Virus record (IMG/VR): IMGVR_UViG_3300037474_000080
Coordinates: 1-51,241 of that record
Direction: 5' to 3' (one strand)
DNA: 51,241 bases
Source of the DNA: a virus
Taxonomy: Duplodnaviria > Caudoviricetes
The stretch's first letter is position 1. The number at the start of each line of letters is the position of its first letter. The position numbers were made by a program, and so were the translations under genes. The notes under the pieces were generated by a model. It was not told the DNA's origin. It was given only the letters and a program-made list of their open reading frames with translations, and ran no database searches. Below, one piece after another: positions 26,628 through 36,711 of the stretch.

Positions 26628-27728
26628 TTATCGAACGGTAAGCACTGCGGTTGATGACAGGCGTTTCTTGCGAGGCCAGCCACGCGCCACAGCCCATTGT
26701 GTCAGGTTCGGCGGGTTGAAGTCCGGGTTTGCGGTCGCATAGCCTACAGGCCCGTATTCTGGGCCACTGAAACCACCGAGCATACTGCCATCGGTCAGGC
26801 TTGAAACAACTGTCTCTGTGACAATCGCATTGCCAAAATCAATGGCCATGCCCGTGTTGTCGTCGCTCGAATCAGACAAGACGACCTTGCCGGATGGAAG
26901 ATAAGGCGCTGATGCTTTTGTCCCATCGTTGGCTTGCGTCCAGGCTTTCGCGTCGTACAATTCGATTTCCATGCCGATGATGCGCGCTGCAAGTGCAGTC
27001 ATTTCAGGCAGTGCGTTTGACGGGAAGCTGGCGGCCGGGAAGGTTATCTGCGAATACAGCTGCGCCTTTGCCTGAAACTCTGTTGTTGCTATCATCAGCC
27101 TGAAATCTGCACTGCCCATCGTCACACGGTTATACATCTCACCGTATTTCTCAGCGCCCAGCTGTTTCAACGACAGGATATTGTCAACAGGCGTTCCGGT
27201 GCTGGCCGATGTCCAGAGCGGCGAAACTGTAACCTTGAGGTCGGAAGGCATACCCCACGTTGCACCACTGATCTGGATTCCCAAGCGGTTGTAGCTATAC
27301 GAATCAATCGCACAGGCAACAATCAGGGCTTCCATTCTCTGACGAACACCAAGAAGCAACTTATCCTGTTCACGATTTACATAGTCGCTGAGAATGCCTT
27401 CATCGGAAGGAATCCCGCCGCCTGCGTTGATGCGCGCCAGAAGATTCAACATCTCCTGAGTGATAAGCGAACCGTGCTTGAGGTTCGGAATCTTGTTGGT
27501 TTCCAGCGTGAACTTGCCATCTGAACGGACAACGGCTTTCTGATCGTCTGCAATGATGTCAGCCATCAACACATTGCCATCAAACCGCGCCATAATCTCG
27601 CCATCAGTGGCATTGACTAAAGGCGTGCGGTTCAAGAATTTGAGTTGCTGCGGTATTTCTCTAATGTCTCGCAGCGTGGACATCACAGTATTGATTCTTC
27701 GTGTGCCCAGTATATCTAAACCACGCAT
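26628..27728 (-). CDS. major capsid protein (lambda gpE-like family)
   Basis: 366 aa; LLGVRQRMEAL, WGMPSDLK...W...TP..NIL; AGGAGG RBS; follows protease and decoration genes. Confidence 0.85.
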   Translation of the reverse strand: MRGLDILGTRRINTVMSTLRDIREIPQQLKFLNRTPLVNATDGEIMARFDGNVLMADIIADDQKAVVRSDGKFTLETNKIPNLKHGSLITQEMLNLLARINAGGGIPSDEGILSDYVNREQDKLLLGVRQRMEALIVACAIDSYSYNRLGIQISGATWGMPSDLKVTVSPLWTSASTGTPVDNILSLKQLGAEKYGEMYNRVTMGSADFRLMIATTEFQAKAQLYSQITFPAASFPSNALPEMTALAARIIGMEIELYDAKAWTQANDGTKASAPYLPSGKVVLSDSSDDNTGMAIDFGNAIVTETVVSSLTDGSMLGGFSGPEYGPVGYATANPDFNPPNLTQWAVARGWPRKKRLSSTAVLTVR

Positions 27729-27790
27729 AATATTTTCCTCCTATGGATATTTTTACGCTGCGAGCTAATCGCACCGTGTAATTGTTGCGA

Positions 27791-28576
27791 TTAGTCTTTA
27801 AGCAGTTGGATTGCCGGGAAAGCGGTCAGGAAATTGGCGATTGTGGGGCCATTGAGAACGCCGACAAGCAATCTATCCTGCCATACCAGACCACCTTCAA
27901 TAACTGCCGGGTTGGAACTGTTGAGCTCACTGTAAAGAACCGTCTCATTCAGGATATACGCTTCGCCGCGTGTCATCGTCTGACGCCCATCGGTTGCAGT
28001 GGTGTCGATTGGGCCATATTTGCCGTTGCCGGTTCCTGCGGTTGTCGTGCCGTGCGTAACGCTTGGTGTCGTGCCGCCCGCGAAAGTGTTGGTCGATGTG
28101 AACTGCGGAATGTTGCCCAGATCACGGTTTACGGTGATGGTATAGATATAGGGTGAACCCGCAGAGCCAGAGCCAGAGCGCGCAACGGAAACACCGTCAG
28201 TGCCAAGACGAAGCAGAGCGTTAAGCGTGTCCTGAAACGTTTGCGCAGAAGCGTTGAAGGCGATTGCCGCCGCGACTTCTGCGGAGTAGTCACCATCTGC
28301 CGGCAATGTCAAGATTGCGCTTCCCGATGTCGGGCCACCAGTGAATTCAACGGTCTGCACTTCTGCTGTACCAATCAAGCCCAGTACCTGACCGTAGCGC
28401 AGATATTTATCGCCGTTTTTAACAACGGTGCCATCATCAAGCGTCGTGTCAGATGAAACAGCGGTGACCAGCGACCAGTCAACAGTGATGCCGCCTGCTT
28501 TCCAAAGCGGCTTACCATCAGCAGACACCATAACCTGACTGCCGGTTGTTTCCAAAATCTGTCTTCCAAATGCCAT
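27791..28576 (-). CDS. head decoration protein with an inserted domain
   Basis: KYLRYGQVL...GKYGPIDTTATDGRQT...YILNET split by an AEVQTV...IAFNASA domain. Confidence 0.75.
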   Translation of the reverse strand: MAFGRQILETTGSQVMVSADGKPLWKAGGITVDWSLVTAVSSDTTLDDGTVVKNGDKYLRYGQVLGLIGTAEVQTVEFTGGPTSGSAILTLPADGDYSAEVAAAIAFNASAQTFQDTLNALLRLGTDGVSVARSGSGSAGSPYIYTITVNRDLGNIPQFTSTNTFAGGTTPSVTHGTTTAGTGNGKYGPIDTTATDGRQTMTRGEAYILNETVLYSELNSSNPAVIEGGLVWQDRLLVGVLNGPTIANFLTAFPAIQLLKD

Positions 28577-28635
28577 CGTATTTCCTCCTAAAATAGAATC
28601 GTGATTGCTCTTTTCAGAGCGTTATCGCCTCCAGA

Positions 28636-30105
28636 TTAGGAAGCTTTCTTACTGTTCATCTTTTCGGCAAAGTCTTTGGTTGATGCGCGTACCTTCTCAA
28701 GTTCTGCGGCTTCCGGATCCGCATTGTTATCCAGAGCATAAGCACCGTTTGGTATCTGCGATTTCACAAGCTCCATGCTCAAGTTGTGCTTCGGACGCTT
28801 CTCAAGGCTGGCTTCCAGAATCTTGACGCGCGAACCATCGGCAAGCGGATTCGCTTCGTCATCAATCGCGGCTTGAACGTACTGCGCTTTGAAGCTTTCC
28901 GCTTCAGCCGGGACGATTGAGCGCGAAGTGATTGCCGTCTTCACGAAAGCATCGGCGGCCTGCGTGATCTTTTCCTGTTTGAGCTTGGCGTTTTCAGCCT
29001 TCAGCTTTTTAACCTCTTCGGATTCAGCCGGGGGCTGTTGCGCTATAGGTGCCTGCGTCGGCTGCTGAACTGGCGCTACGGGTTGCCCTGTCGCCGTTGC
29101 TACTTCCTGTCCCGAAAGGGCATTTTTTAGATGGTCCCATAAATTCATGGTCGTATCTCCTTTGTTGCCCGATTCGGGCGGATTGTTAGTATTTTCAGCC
29201 GTGGCATTCATTGCGTTTTTCTTGCGCTTTGCTTTGCCAGTAGCCATTTCCTTCAGAATTGATTCAAAACTTCCTGTGCGGTCAGCGAGTCCAGCCGTAA
29301 CAGCGGCTTTGCCAATCATCATGCCGCCCTGACCAAAATCAGCCAGTACTTTTTCAACAGTGACGCCACGAAAGCGCGCCACATCTTCAACAAAGACTTG
29401 CGCCATATCGTCAACAAGCTGCTGCAGAACGGCATCGCCTGATTCGGTTCCCATCTTCGGGCGCTTCTTTGGGGATTGCTCAGAAACATAGGTGCGCTTT
29501 TGAATGCCGCGCTGCTCGTAAGCTTTGGTGTAATCGGTTGCTTCCATCACTGTGCCGATTGAACCAACCATTGCAGAGGAATCAATCACAACCTCATCAG
29601 CAGCAGCAGCAATGTAGTAGGCAGCGGATGCGCCATAACCGCCAATGTAGGCAGTCACAGGCTTGTCACTCTGACGTTCAGCAATCATCGTGGCAAACTC
29701 ACCAATGCCGAACGCTTCACCGCCCGGGGAGTCTATGAAGAATAAAATTGAACTGACACCTGGAGCGTTTAAGGCTTGCCCGAAATTACGAGCGAGAGAT
29801 TCAGTTGATACGCCGCCACTCCATTCAGAGAAGAAATCGGCATGGCGTACTATCGGACCTATAACTTCGATAACCGCAACGCCATCACGAACACGCACGC
29901 GCTTATTGTCACCAAGCGGCTCGCCCTGTTTGATTGCCAGTGATGCGGGACTGTTTTCCCGCGCTTCTCTTTTGTCTTTAGCTTCGGCAATACCTTTGGC
30001 GATTGCTTCAAGGTCGCGCTCGCGAGAGACAACAGAAACAATCAGTTCGAGGTATTCCGGGACAATCATCCACGGTTGAGAATTGACATAGCCAAGTGCG
30101 TTCAT
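28636..30105 (-). CDS. S49 (SppA/ClpP-like) head maturation protease with C-terminal scaffold
   Basis: IDSPGG, GASAAYYIA, VGSIG, AVTAGLAD motifs; internal GGAG RBS before MNLWD suggests a nested scaffold start. Confidence 0.9.
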   Translation of the reverse strand: MNALGYVNSQPWMIVPEYLELIVSVVSRERDLEAIAKGIAEAKDKREARENSPASLAIKQGEPLGDNKRVRVRDGVAVIEVIGPIVRHADFFSEWSGGVSTESLARNFGQALNAPGVSSILFFIDSPGGEAFGIGEFATMIAERQSDKPVTAYIGGYGASAAYYIAAAADEVVIDSSAMVGSIGTVMEATDYTKAYEQRGIQKRTYVSEQSPKKRPKMGTESGDAVLQQLVDDMAQVFVEDVARFRGVTVEKVLADFGQGGMMIGKAAVTAGLADRTGSFESILKEMATGKAKRKKNAMNATAENTNNPPESGNKGDTTMNLWDHLKNALSGQEVATATGQPVAPVQQPTQAPIAQQPPAESEEVKKLKAENAKLKQEKITQAADAFVKTAITSRSIVPAEAESFKAQYVQAAIDDEANPLADGSRVKILEASLEKRPKHNLSMELVKSQIPNGAYALDNNADPEAAELEKVRASTKDFAEKMNSKKAS

Positions 30106-30384
30106 TTAGACGAACCTCATCTGCAAAACTTTGATTTGCTTCGTTTTGTGCTGGCGAGTAATGAATTTAGGCATTGCTTTAACGAGAACCTCAGGTGCAC
30201 GGAAAATTCGTACAGTTGACCGCTTCACCTTTACGCATAAAGCCACGAAACGGCGACGACTATCTTCTGCGGCAATTGCCTGCTCCCGCCTTCTTATTTC
30301 TTCCATCTGCGCGGCGATAGGGTTAAAGCGGGGTTCTATCCTGTAGTCATCGCATCTTGTAGTGGTAAAAGTTCCAGAGTTCAT
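30106..30384 (-). CDS. basic hypothetical protein
   Basis: ATGA-coupled start MNSGTF; abuts the protease start. Confidence 0.5.
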   Translation of the reverse strand: MNSGTFTTTRCDDYRIEPRFNPIAAQMEEIRRREQAIAAEDSRRRFVALCVKVKRSTVRIFRAPEVLVKAMPKFITRQHKTKQIKVLQMRFV

Positions 30385-30554
30385 TGATTGCTTAGAAGAT
30401 ATGGGCTTACAAAAGAAGTGATGAAATAAATAAAAATCAGTAAAAGGATTATGCAGACAACTGACCAACCAAAGGTAAAGCCCGAATTATCTACGGTGCC
30501 AAAATCCTTTGATGGGTCAGGCTTTGGCGGTCTGCTTGGCGGTCTATCGCTCAT
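30381..30554 (-). CDS. 57-aa single-TM protein
   Basis: ATGA overlaps at both ends; MSDRPPSRPPKPDP...WSVVCIILLLIFIYFITSFV; absent from the ORF track. Confidence 0.65.
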   Translation of the reverse strand: MSDRPPSRPPKPDPSKDFGTVDNSGFTFGWSVVCIILLLIFIYFITSFVSPYLLSNQ

Positions 30555-31936
30555 TGATTAGCTTGTTGCTGATTATTTTGCTGCTGCGGTGGCTGACTTG
30601 CCTTTGCTCGCATAGCTATTACCTCGTCTTCCGAGGGCGGGGCGATTCCAATTTGCCCCAATAATCCTTGAATCTGTGAATATGTCAACAAAGGTCTAGT
30701 ATTTCCGTTTTCGTCAATGACGGTAGCCGTACACAACCCGACAACAGCATCAGAATCTTTATCCCACGACTTGCGGTCATAATCACCGAGCATTGCCTTT
30801 GGCGTAAGCTCTGCGGCTATCTCTGCGCCATAGTTATATTCAACCTGCGGCTTATAGATTTGCGAACGAACGATTTCAGCAACCCACGTTTTTCCAGCCC
30901 AGACGAGCAGTTCAACAATGTCCATCTGGCTTGCCGTGCTGCCTTTGGTCTGGTGCGCGGCGTCTGAGGTGGCAAGCTCCTGCAATAATATGCCTTTGGT
31001 GATTTCTTTATTGACGATTTGAAAGAAGCGTTCCCAAAACTCACCTTCGCCTCTAACTTCAAGCGCTTTTATTTCAGAGCCGCTTTCAAGAACCATCGCG
31101 GTTGAGTTTTTGAACTCAGCAAGTGCCTGCAATGCCTCATCTACTGCGGTAAGAGTGGATTGATTGCCCTGCGAGTCCGTGGTGATTTTGTCCTTCGCTT
31201 TATCCGAAAGAATGACCGCCAGTCCAGGCACCGCACATCTGAGCGCATAGGTCAAAAACTCAGGCCAGCCAAGCTGTTTCAGATTCCAGGCTTTTACCGC
31301 TGGACGTAGAAGGGAATTACCTCGCGGGTCTTCATCCTTCATTCGATAGGTGGCGATGACAAACTTCTCAGGCGGTATGACTTTGGAGTTTTCGCTAATT
31401 ACAGGCGTGTAGCCGCTGCGAGCAGGCACTAGTCCCACAAGATTCATAAATTCATCAACAACAAAGGCTGTTGCGGCTTTCGGCTTCACTTTGATTTGTG
31501 AAAGCACAAGCTTGTAGGCATCAAGCCCGGTCGTCGGAATCGCGTAAACCTTTTCAGCAACCTTATTGCCGTGCGTCATTGATTCTTTGACAATCATTTC
31601 CAGCGTTTCTTTCAACGGTCGCTGGAGATTGCACATGGTTCGCTCGATGTGCTGATTGATTTCTACGGCAAGTTCGTAACGATCATCTTTCTCACCAACA
31701 GCAGGCGCACACTGAACGCCATCGGCAAGAATGAAATAGACCAATAGTAGAAGCGCTGCGGCAACCTCTGAATCACAACTCATCTGCTCGTAAACAGTAG
31801 GTCCAGGCGTGCCGGTAACATCTTCATTGACCTGCGGCAACCTGCGAGGGCCACGCAATGAGCTATAACCGGATGACACCGCCACGTAAGAGCGTTGCAA
31901 TTCAGTCTTTGTGATTTCCTTCGGTGCAGTTGCCAT
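30551..31936 (-). CDS. portal protein (Mu gp29/DUF935-like)
   Basis: YEQM..DSEV, EDPRGNSLLRP..KAW, NKEITKGILLQELAT; follows terL. Confidence 0.85.
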   Translation of the reverse strand: MATAPKEITKTELQRSYVAVSSGYSSLRGPRRLPQVNEDVTGTPGPTVYEQMSCDSEVAAALLLLVYFILADGVQCAPAVGEKDDRYELAVEINQHIERTMCNLQRPLKETLEMIVKESMTHGNKVAEKVYAIPTTGLDAYKLVLSQIKVKPKAATAFVVDEFMNLVGLVPARSGYTPVISENSKVIPPEKFVIATYRMKDEDPRGNSLLRPAVKAWNLKQLGWPEFLTYALRCAVPGLAVILSDKAKDKITTDSQGNQSTLTAVDEALQALAEFKNSTAMVLESGSEIKALEVRGEGEFWERFFQIVNKEITKGILLQELATSDAAHQTKGSTASQMDIVELLVWAGKTWVAEIVRSQIYKPQVEYNYGAEIAAELTPKAMLGDYDRKSWDKDSDAVVGLCTATVIDENGNTRPLLTYSQIQGLLGQIGIAPPSEDEVIAMRAKASQPPQQQNNQQQANQ

Positions 31937-31937
31937 T

Positions 31938-32105
31938 TTATCTACTTGCTCGCGGGGCTCCGCATTTGGGGCAGTTATCCTTTATAAAGCCATAGCCGCA
32001 ATAAGAGCAGGGCGCTTTTTTCTCTATCCGAGTTTCTGGTTTTGCAGTTCTACTTGGCACTTCAGTGACACGATGCGGCGGCGGTTCCGGTGGTACGTAT
32101 CCCAT
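31938..32105 (-). CDS. 55-aa zinc-ribbon protein between terL and portal
   Basis: TAATG-coupled; PCSYCG...NCPKCGAP; absent from the ORF track. Confidence 0.65.
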   Translation of the reverse strand: MGYVPPEPPPHRVTEVPSRTAKPETRIEKKAPCSYCGYGFIKDNCPKCGAPRASR

Positions 32106-33550
32106 TAATACATTTTCCTAATGTGGTCGATTGACTGGCGACGACCAGCGGTAGCGGGTGCGCGTGCGGGTGCTTCTCTTTTAACCATTACGCCATAGCG
32201 AGTCATATCGTAAGCATCATCCCCGCCTTCACCATTGACGTCAGCATTAACTTTCTTTACATCTTCGGGGTCGTTCGGGTCGCATACCATTCGCGTCATT
32301 GTCGATATGGTTCTGCGGCAAGTATTGAAGATTTTCAGCGTTGGCTTGATTTCAACTTGAGCATTGCCGAACCTTTTAAGAAGTTCCTGCGCACCGGTTA
32401 TGCGGTCAATCGTGGCTTTCTGCAGGTCAAAGCCTATGAACTTCCCGGTTTCAGGGTCCATGGCTTCGGCGTATTGATCAGCAATAGTTTTGCCGTCTTT
32501 CGAACCGCGTTGTTGAAATACATCATGGCCAGCAACTATCTGATTGACGCGATGCCAGTTGATTTTTAACCGTTCAGCGATGCGCCTGATTGCTTTGCAG
32601 TGCAGGGGTACAAGCCATTTATTCTGTACATGTTCACCAATCAGATAAATGCAGCCGTCATTGTCTTCAGTGAATAGCCCAAATGCAGTAGGATGTGAAA
32701 AGCCGTAATCCAGCGCGCCCCATACAGGCCAGTCAGCAGGAATATTAAAAGGGTCACAGGTATGTAAATCTTCGTCCCATTCTTCAAAGTAAAGCCCTTC
32801 AGCGCCAACCCATTTGCCGTAGCGTAATCGAGCTTTGCGGATTCCTGTCAGCGAATCGAGCGCCTTCATTGTGCGCGCTCCCTGGATTGTCAGATTGCCT
32901 GATTCATCAAAGAGCGACGGATTGTCTTCATGCTTTGAGTAGAAGACTTTCAGCGCATCGCGTTTGAGAATCCAGTGATCTTCTGGCCCCGGATTACAGT
33001 CGCCGAAAAGCATAGGCGTTTTCGTTACCGCACCGCGCCCAGTGGTTCGAGTCGTGAGCGTTTCCCAATCTTCAAGCGTCAACTCTTCGGCCTGATTCAC
33101 ATAGATGAAATCACGTTCACCGGAAAGGACCTTGCCGGGCCTATCCATTCCGCCGATGTAAAGACGTGCGCCGCCTGGATAATCAAACCATTCGGGCTTT
33201 TCACCGCCATACGCGAGGGCACCGCTTTTGCTTTTCTCTACGACGCGGCGATAGGTTACGAGAACTGTCGGATTGATGTCAGCGGCAACTTTGCGGACAA
33301 GTCCAGCTTGTGCATTTGGCGTTTCTTTTAACAGCGCGTCGAGCTTCCAGAGAGTTGCCCAAGTTTTCCCGGTTTCTGATGGCCCTGCAAGCATGAACTC
33401 TGTGCCGTAATAGTTTTGAACCTCAAGACCTGCACCGCGAAAAGTGGGCGCTTCGAATATTCCGTAATCCTGCGGTCGTCGTTCAGCTTGCCTTCGCCTT
33501 TTCTCTTGTAAGGCGCTTGCTCGCAGCCGCAAAAACGGATCGCGGGTCAT
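32105..33550 (-). CDS. terL: terminase large subunit
   Basis: Walker A GPSETGKT, Walker B-like FIYVNQAEE, DCNP, nuclease ALDYGFSHP and DDAYDMTRY. Confidence 0.92.
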   Translation of the reverse strand: MTRDPFLRLRASALQEKRRRQAERRPQDYGIFEAPTFRGAGLEVQNYYGTEFMLAGPSETGKTWATLWKLDALLKETPNAQAGLVRKVAADINPTVLVTYRRVVEKSKSGALAYGGEKPEWFDYPGGARLYIGGMDRPGKVLSGERDFIYVNQAEELTLEDWETLTTRTTGRGAVTKTPMLFGDCNPGPEDHWILKRDALKVFYSKHEDNPSLFDESGNLTIQGARTMKALDSLTGIRKARLRYGKWVGAEGLYFEEWDEDLHTCDPFNIPADWPVWGALDYGFSHPTAFGLFTEDNDGCIYLIGEHVQNKWLVPLHCKAIRRIAERLKINWHRVNQIVAGHDVFQQRGSKDGKTIADQYAEAMDPETGKFIGFDLQKATIDRITGAQELLKRFGNAQVEIKPTLKIFNTCRRTISTMTRMVCDPNDPEDVKKVNADVNGEGGDDAYDMTRYGVMVKREAPARAPATAGRRQSIDHIRKMY

Positions 33551-33974
33551 CGCCTGCAATGATTCGCTCAATCTCATAATCGTTAAGCAGAGAAAGATCA
33601 GCGTTATTAAAATCGAAATTCGTTTGATTGGTTTCAAATCTCTCTCTGTATTTTCCAGGCTTTGCGCCTTTGAGAAGGAAGATTAAAAGGGTATCGCTGT
33701 ACTCTTGAACGTAACCAATTCTTTTGCCGCCTTGATAAACCGGTTTCTTTACACCTTGAAAAGCGCGCCTTCTGGCTTCGCCTTCAAGAGCGTCAGCGGC
33801 TTGATCAAGAGCATCCTCGAATAATGATTTGAATTCATCGTCGTCCTTCCGGTGCCGATAAATCGTCTTTCTGTCAACGCTTGCTGCCTTGCAAGATTTT
33901 GTTATATTTCCGGTCTTTGCAAGCTCGTCAAGGAATTTCTTTTTTTTAGCGGGGGCAATTGGGGCATTTGCCAT
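33483..33974 (-). CDS. terS: terminase small subunit
   Basis: N-terminal HTH GNITKSCKAASVDRKTIY; EARRRAFQG...YSDTLLIFLLKG. Confidence 0.88.
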   Translation of the reverse strand: MANAPIAPAKKKKFLDELAKTGNITKSCKAASVDRKTIYRHRKDDDEFKSLFEDALDQAADALEGEARRRAFQGVKKPVYQGGKRIGYVQEYSDTLLIFLLKGAKPGKYRERFETNQTNFDFNNADLSLLNDYEIERIIAGDDPRSVFAAASKRLTREKAKAS

Positions 33975-33976
33975 AT

Positions 33977-34237
33977 CTACAACCTGGCGTTTTCAGCCCC
34001 GTAACGCTCCAGCGCCTGCATTACAATCGCTGTCTGTGAATGCTTGCCAAATCCCTGCACGAAGGGTTCAGCGGGTGCCATATAGACCTGAGTCGGGAAG
34101 GTAGCATCGTCTTCAAGATGACTGCTCAAAGTGAATTCATAAACTGGATATTTGCCATCAAGCTTCTTTTGATGCTCAGGTATCCGGCGCAGTTTTGATT
34201 CAGTTCTTTGTGCGCGTGTGCGTTTTCGTGTTGGCAT
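33977..34237 (-). CDS. hypothetical protein
   Basis: ORF abutting terS. Confidence 0.5.
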   Translation of the reverse strand: MPTRKRTRAQRTESKLRRIPEHQKKLDGKYPVYEFTLSSHLEDDATFPTQVYMAPAEPFVQGFGKHSQTAIVMQALERYGAENARL

Positions 34238-34421
34238 AAACAGAAATTGGCTCAGAAAGAATTTTGCGCTATCTTTCTGAGCCTCAAGCAAAATGCGAGT
34301 CTCAAGTATTGTTTTCTAAGGAGAAGAACCTTTACAGGCGAGATATTGATTCAGGCGTGAAGGAATAGCAATAGCCAAATTGCTGTAAATGGAAGGTAAT
34401 GCAACTCATCACTACAGAACA

Positions 34422-34592
34422 CTACTCATCGCTACAGGAATGCTCAAATTTTTTTACCTCTTCAACGGGTATGCGATGATAGCGCCCAATCGGAATAGAG
34501 CCAATAACACCATCACGTATTCGTCGGCGGATAGTTTCACGACAAACAGACAGTTCCAAAGCAAGTTCTTCAACGGTATAGAATTTCTTCAT
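34422..34592 (-). CDS. excisionase-like HTH protein
   Basis: FYTVEELALELSVCRETIRRRIRDG.IGS..IGR.HRIP. Confidence 0.8.
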   Translation of the reverse strand: MKKFYTVEELALELSVCRETIRRRIRDGVIGSIPIGRYHRIPVEEVKKFEHSCSDE

Positions 34593-34680
34593 CGTTTGCC
34601 CCTTTTCCCCTGATTTGTTTGTTGATGACATAACATCATTTTACCTGCGATATGTTGCTGCTTTACCCTTCGTTTCCGGT

Positions 34681-35094
34681 TTACGTGCTGGCATTTTGCG
34701 TTACCTCTTTACTTTGGTTGCCATAATTGATTTGACCCTTGCGGTTATATGGTCTCTTAGTACTCCTGTCGGCGCGTGATACCGGCCTGATAGTTACGCC
34801 TCTACGGATTAGCTCACTTCGCACGAGACAGCGACTGCACTCAAACTCTAAAGCCAAGGTGCCCAATGAATTTGTTTCGTACAATTGAGCAATATTATCT
34901 GGCAGTTTATACCTTTTCCTACTGACCACTTTTCTATGACCTGTAATATCCGAATGCTGCCTCCCTTCACCTATGCAGCGTACAGTGCAAACGCTAATTT
35001 TATAATCGGCGGCTATTTCACTCGCGTCATCTTGTTTTTGGTATCGGCAATAAATCTCTTTTACCTGATTAAATTTCAAAAATCCCCTTGCCAC
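34681..35094 (-). CDS. double-HTH DNA-binding protein (late regulator candidate)
   Basis: EIAADYKISVCTVRCI and LGTLALEFECSRCLVRSEL. Confidence 0.65.
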   Translation of the reverse strand: MARGFLKFNQVKEIYCRYQKQDDASEIAADYKISVCTVRCIGEGRQHSDITGHRKVVSRKRYKLPDNIAQLYETNSLGTLALEFECSRCLVRSELIRRGVTIRPVSRADRSTKRPYNRKGQINYGNQSKEVTQNAST

Positions 35095-35210
35095 TACCCA
35101 CCTCTCTATATCTTCTATGCCTGCAAATCGTGCATAGCCTTCGCGTATACCGCAGAATCACGCCATAATGTCCGACGCGATACCAACGGCCTTGACGCTT
35201 CCAGTTGTGC

Positions 35211-35432
35211 TTATGTGGTCGCATTGCTCACCTCTCCCCAACTGATATAATCACAGGTTTCAACGCCTGCCTTTTGCAAGCACCTCAAGCAGAACACGCC
35301 ATCTTTACCCGTCATCAATCCAAGCTTTTTGGATAGACTTCCGCACCCCGCACATTCCATATTGGATAATAGCGCGTGACGCTTCGTACAATGCTCTGCG
35401 TGATTCAATAACTCCCGTATCTTACTCATCAA
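35211..35432 (-). CDS. small Zn-finger protein
   Basis: CAGCG...FCLRC; GAGG RBS. Confidence 0.6.
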   Translation of the reverse strand: MMSKIRELLNHAEHCTKRHALLSNMECAGCGSLSKKLGLMTGKDGVFCLRCLQKAGVETCDYISWGEVSNATT

Positions 35433-35454
35433 TTCACCTCACACTGCAAATAAC

Positions 35455-36399
35455 TCAAGATTGCGTTTCTTCGCTCGCCTGGTCGCCGCTGCTGGGCATT
35501 TCATCCCACGTTCTGCCGTCAAGTAGGCGGCCTGCTGCGTGTTTGCCGTTTTTATAAATGCAAACTTCGCCTTCGTTTTGGGTTCGCAAAAGATAATCAG
35601 CTTCTTTGTGGGAAAAGAACTTTCCAGATAAATCAAGCCTGCCATAATCTGCATTCAACTGCGGATTAATCGACCACTCGCCCCATTGTTTGAAATGGTA
35701 GGCAACCCCTGCATTTACGCACTGGTCACGCAATGACCTTGCCCAATCTGGGTGCATCGGCCTTGCGCCGTGTCCAGATTCGCCGCCGCAGATTACCCAA
35801 TCAATTTTGTCGTGATAGGCATAGCAACCCAAATCCCAAAACTTTGTGTTGAGATAAGAATTCAGATTCAAAGCGCCGAGTAAAGGTTCGCAACTTAAAA
35901 ATCTCACTTTCGCGGGCACGCTCAACAGATGCGGTATACGCTTGTCGGCGTACTCCTGATTTTCAACCGTTGTGCCAAGCCAGATATTAGGCCAAGTAAA
36001 TCGGTCGTCGTACCAACCGAAAGGCCACAGGCGCTTGATGTTCTCTGGTCGTTTTGTGAGCAACAGCCAGTCAAGATTCGGCGTTTGGTCTATCAGGGCA
36101 AAAAGCTTCACCCGTTCCTGATTCACGGTCGGATGGTCTTCAAACACGTCCGCCATTGACGAACAGAAGACGCGGCGACGAACGCCTGCTTTTGCTGCCT
36201 GCCTGTCCCATTTCAAGGGCTGCTTCCAATAGCTCTCGGACATTACCTGGCGTTCTTTATTCGGCCCCCATAGGTCTTTGCCCAGCCGGTGCGAAAAAGC
36301 TTCGGCATAGCAATTCTGACAGGCAGGGGAAACGCGCTGGCATCCCCAAACCAAATTAAACGTGTGATCCGTCCACTCTATTTTTGAATTTTCGCCCAT
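35455..36399 (-). CDS. phage Gp37/Gp68 (DUF5131) protein
   Basis: SKIEWTDHTFN, GC.RVSPAC.NCYA, LLTKRPE, RFLSCEPLL, WVICGGESG, FKQWGE. Confidence 0.92.
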   Translation of the reverse strand: MGENSKIEWTDHTFNLVWGCQRVSPACQNCYAEAFSHRLGKDLWGPNKERQVMSESYWKQPLKWDRQAAKAGVRRRVFCSSMADVFEDHPTVNQERVKLFALIDQTPNLDWLLLTKRPENIKRLWPFGWYDDRFTWPNIWLGTTVENQEYADKRIPHLLSVPAKVRFLSCEPLLGALNLNSYLNTKFWDLGCYAYHDKIDWVICGGESGHGARPMHPDWARSLRDQCVNAGVAYHFKQWGEWSINPQLNADYGRLDLSGKFFSHKEADYLLRTQNEGEVCIYKNGKHAAGRLLDGRTWDEMPSSGDQASEETQS

Positions 36400-36531
36400 A
36401 TCAAAACACCATATCCTTAATCCGCTGCTCTTTCTCGTACTCTTGAAGCTCCAGCTCTTTCCATTCCAGCGACATCCGCGAAGGGTCAGCGCCAAACAGA
36501 AAGAGCCGGTTTAGTTTTGCAAAGAATCTTT

Positions 36532-36711
36532 TCATTGTTCACCACCTGTTTGAATTTTCGTAGCCCGTTTATAAATCGAAAGCTCTTTGATTTCGTCGCG
36601 TAGAAGCGCTGCTATATGCTCACGCTCCAATGTTCGCGGCTGCTTTTGGAGCCATTGCAAATCTTCTTTAAGCAGTCTTTTGTATGCTGGTCTATTAAGT
36701 GTCATGCTCAT
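36532..36711 (-). CDS. 59-aa hypothetical protein
   Basis: ATGA overlaps on both sides; MSMTLNRPAYKRLLKEDLQWL... Confidence 0.55.
   Translation of the reverse strand: MSMTLNRPAYKRLLKEDLQWLQKQPRTLEREHIAALLRDEIKELSIYKRATKIQTGGEQ

Noticed and set aside
30450-30540. Apparent nested stems after the portal gene
   Set aside because: Region is fully explained by a coupled 57-aa TM ORF on the minus strand
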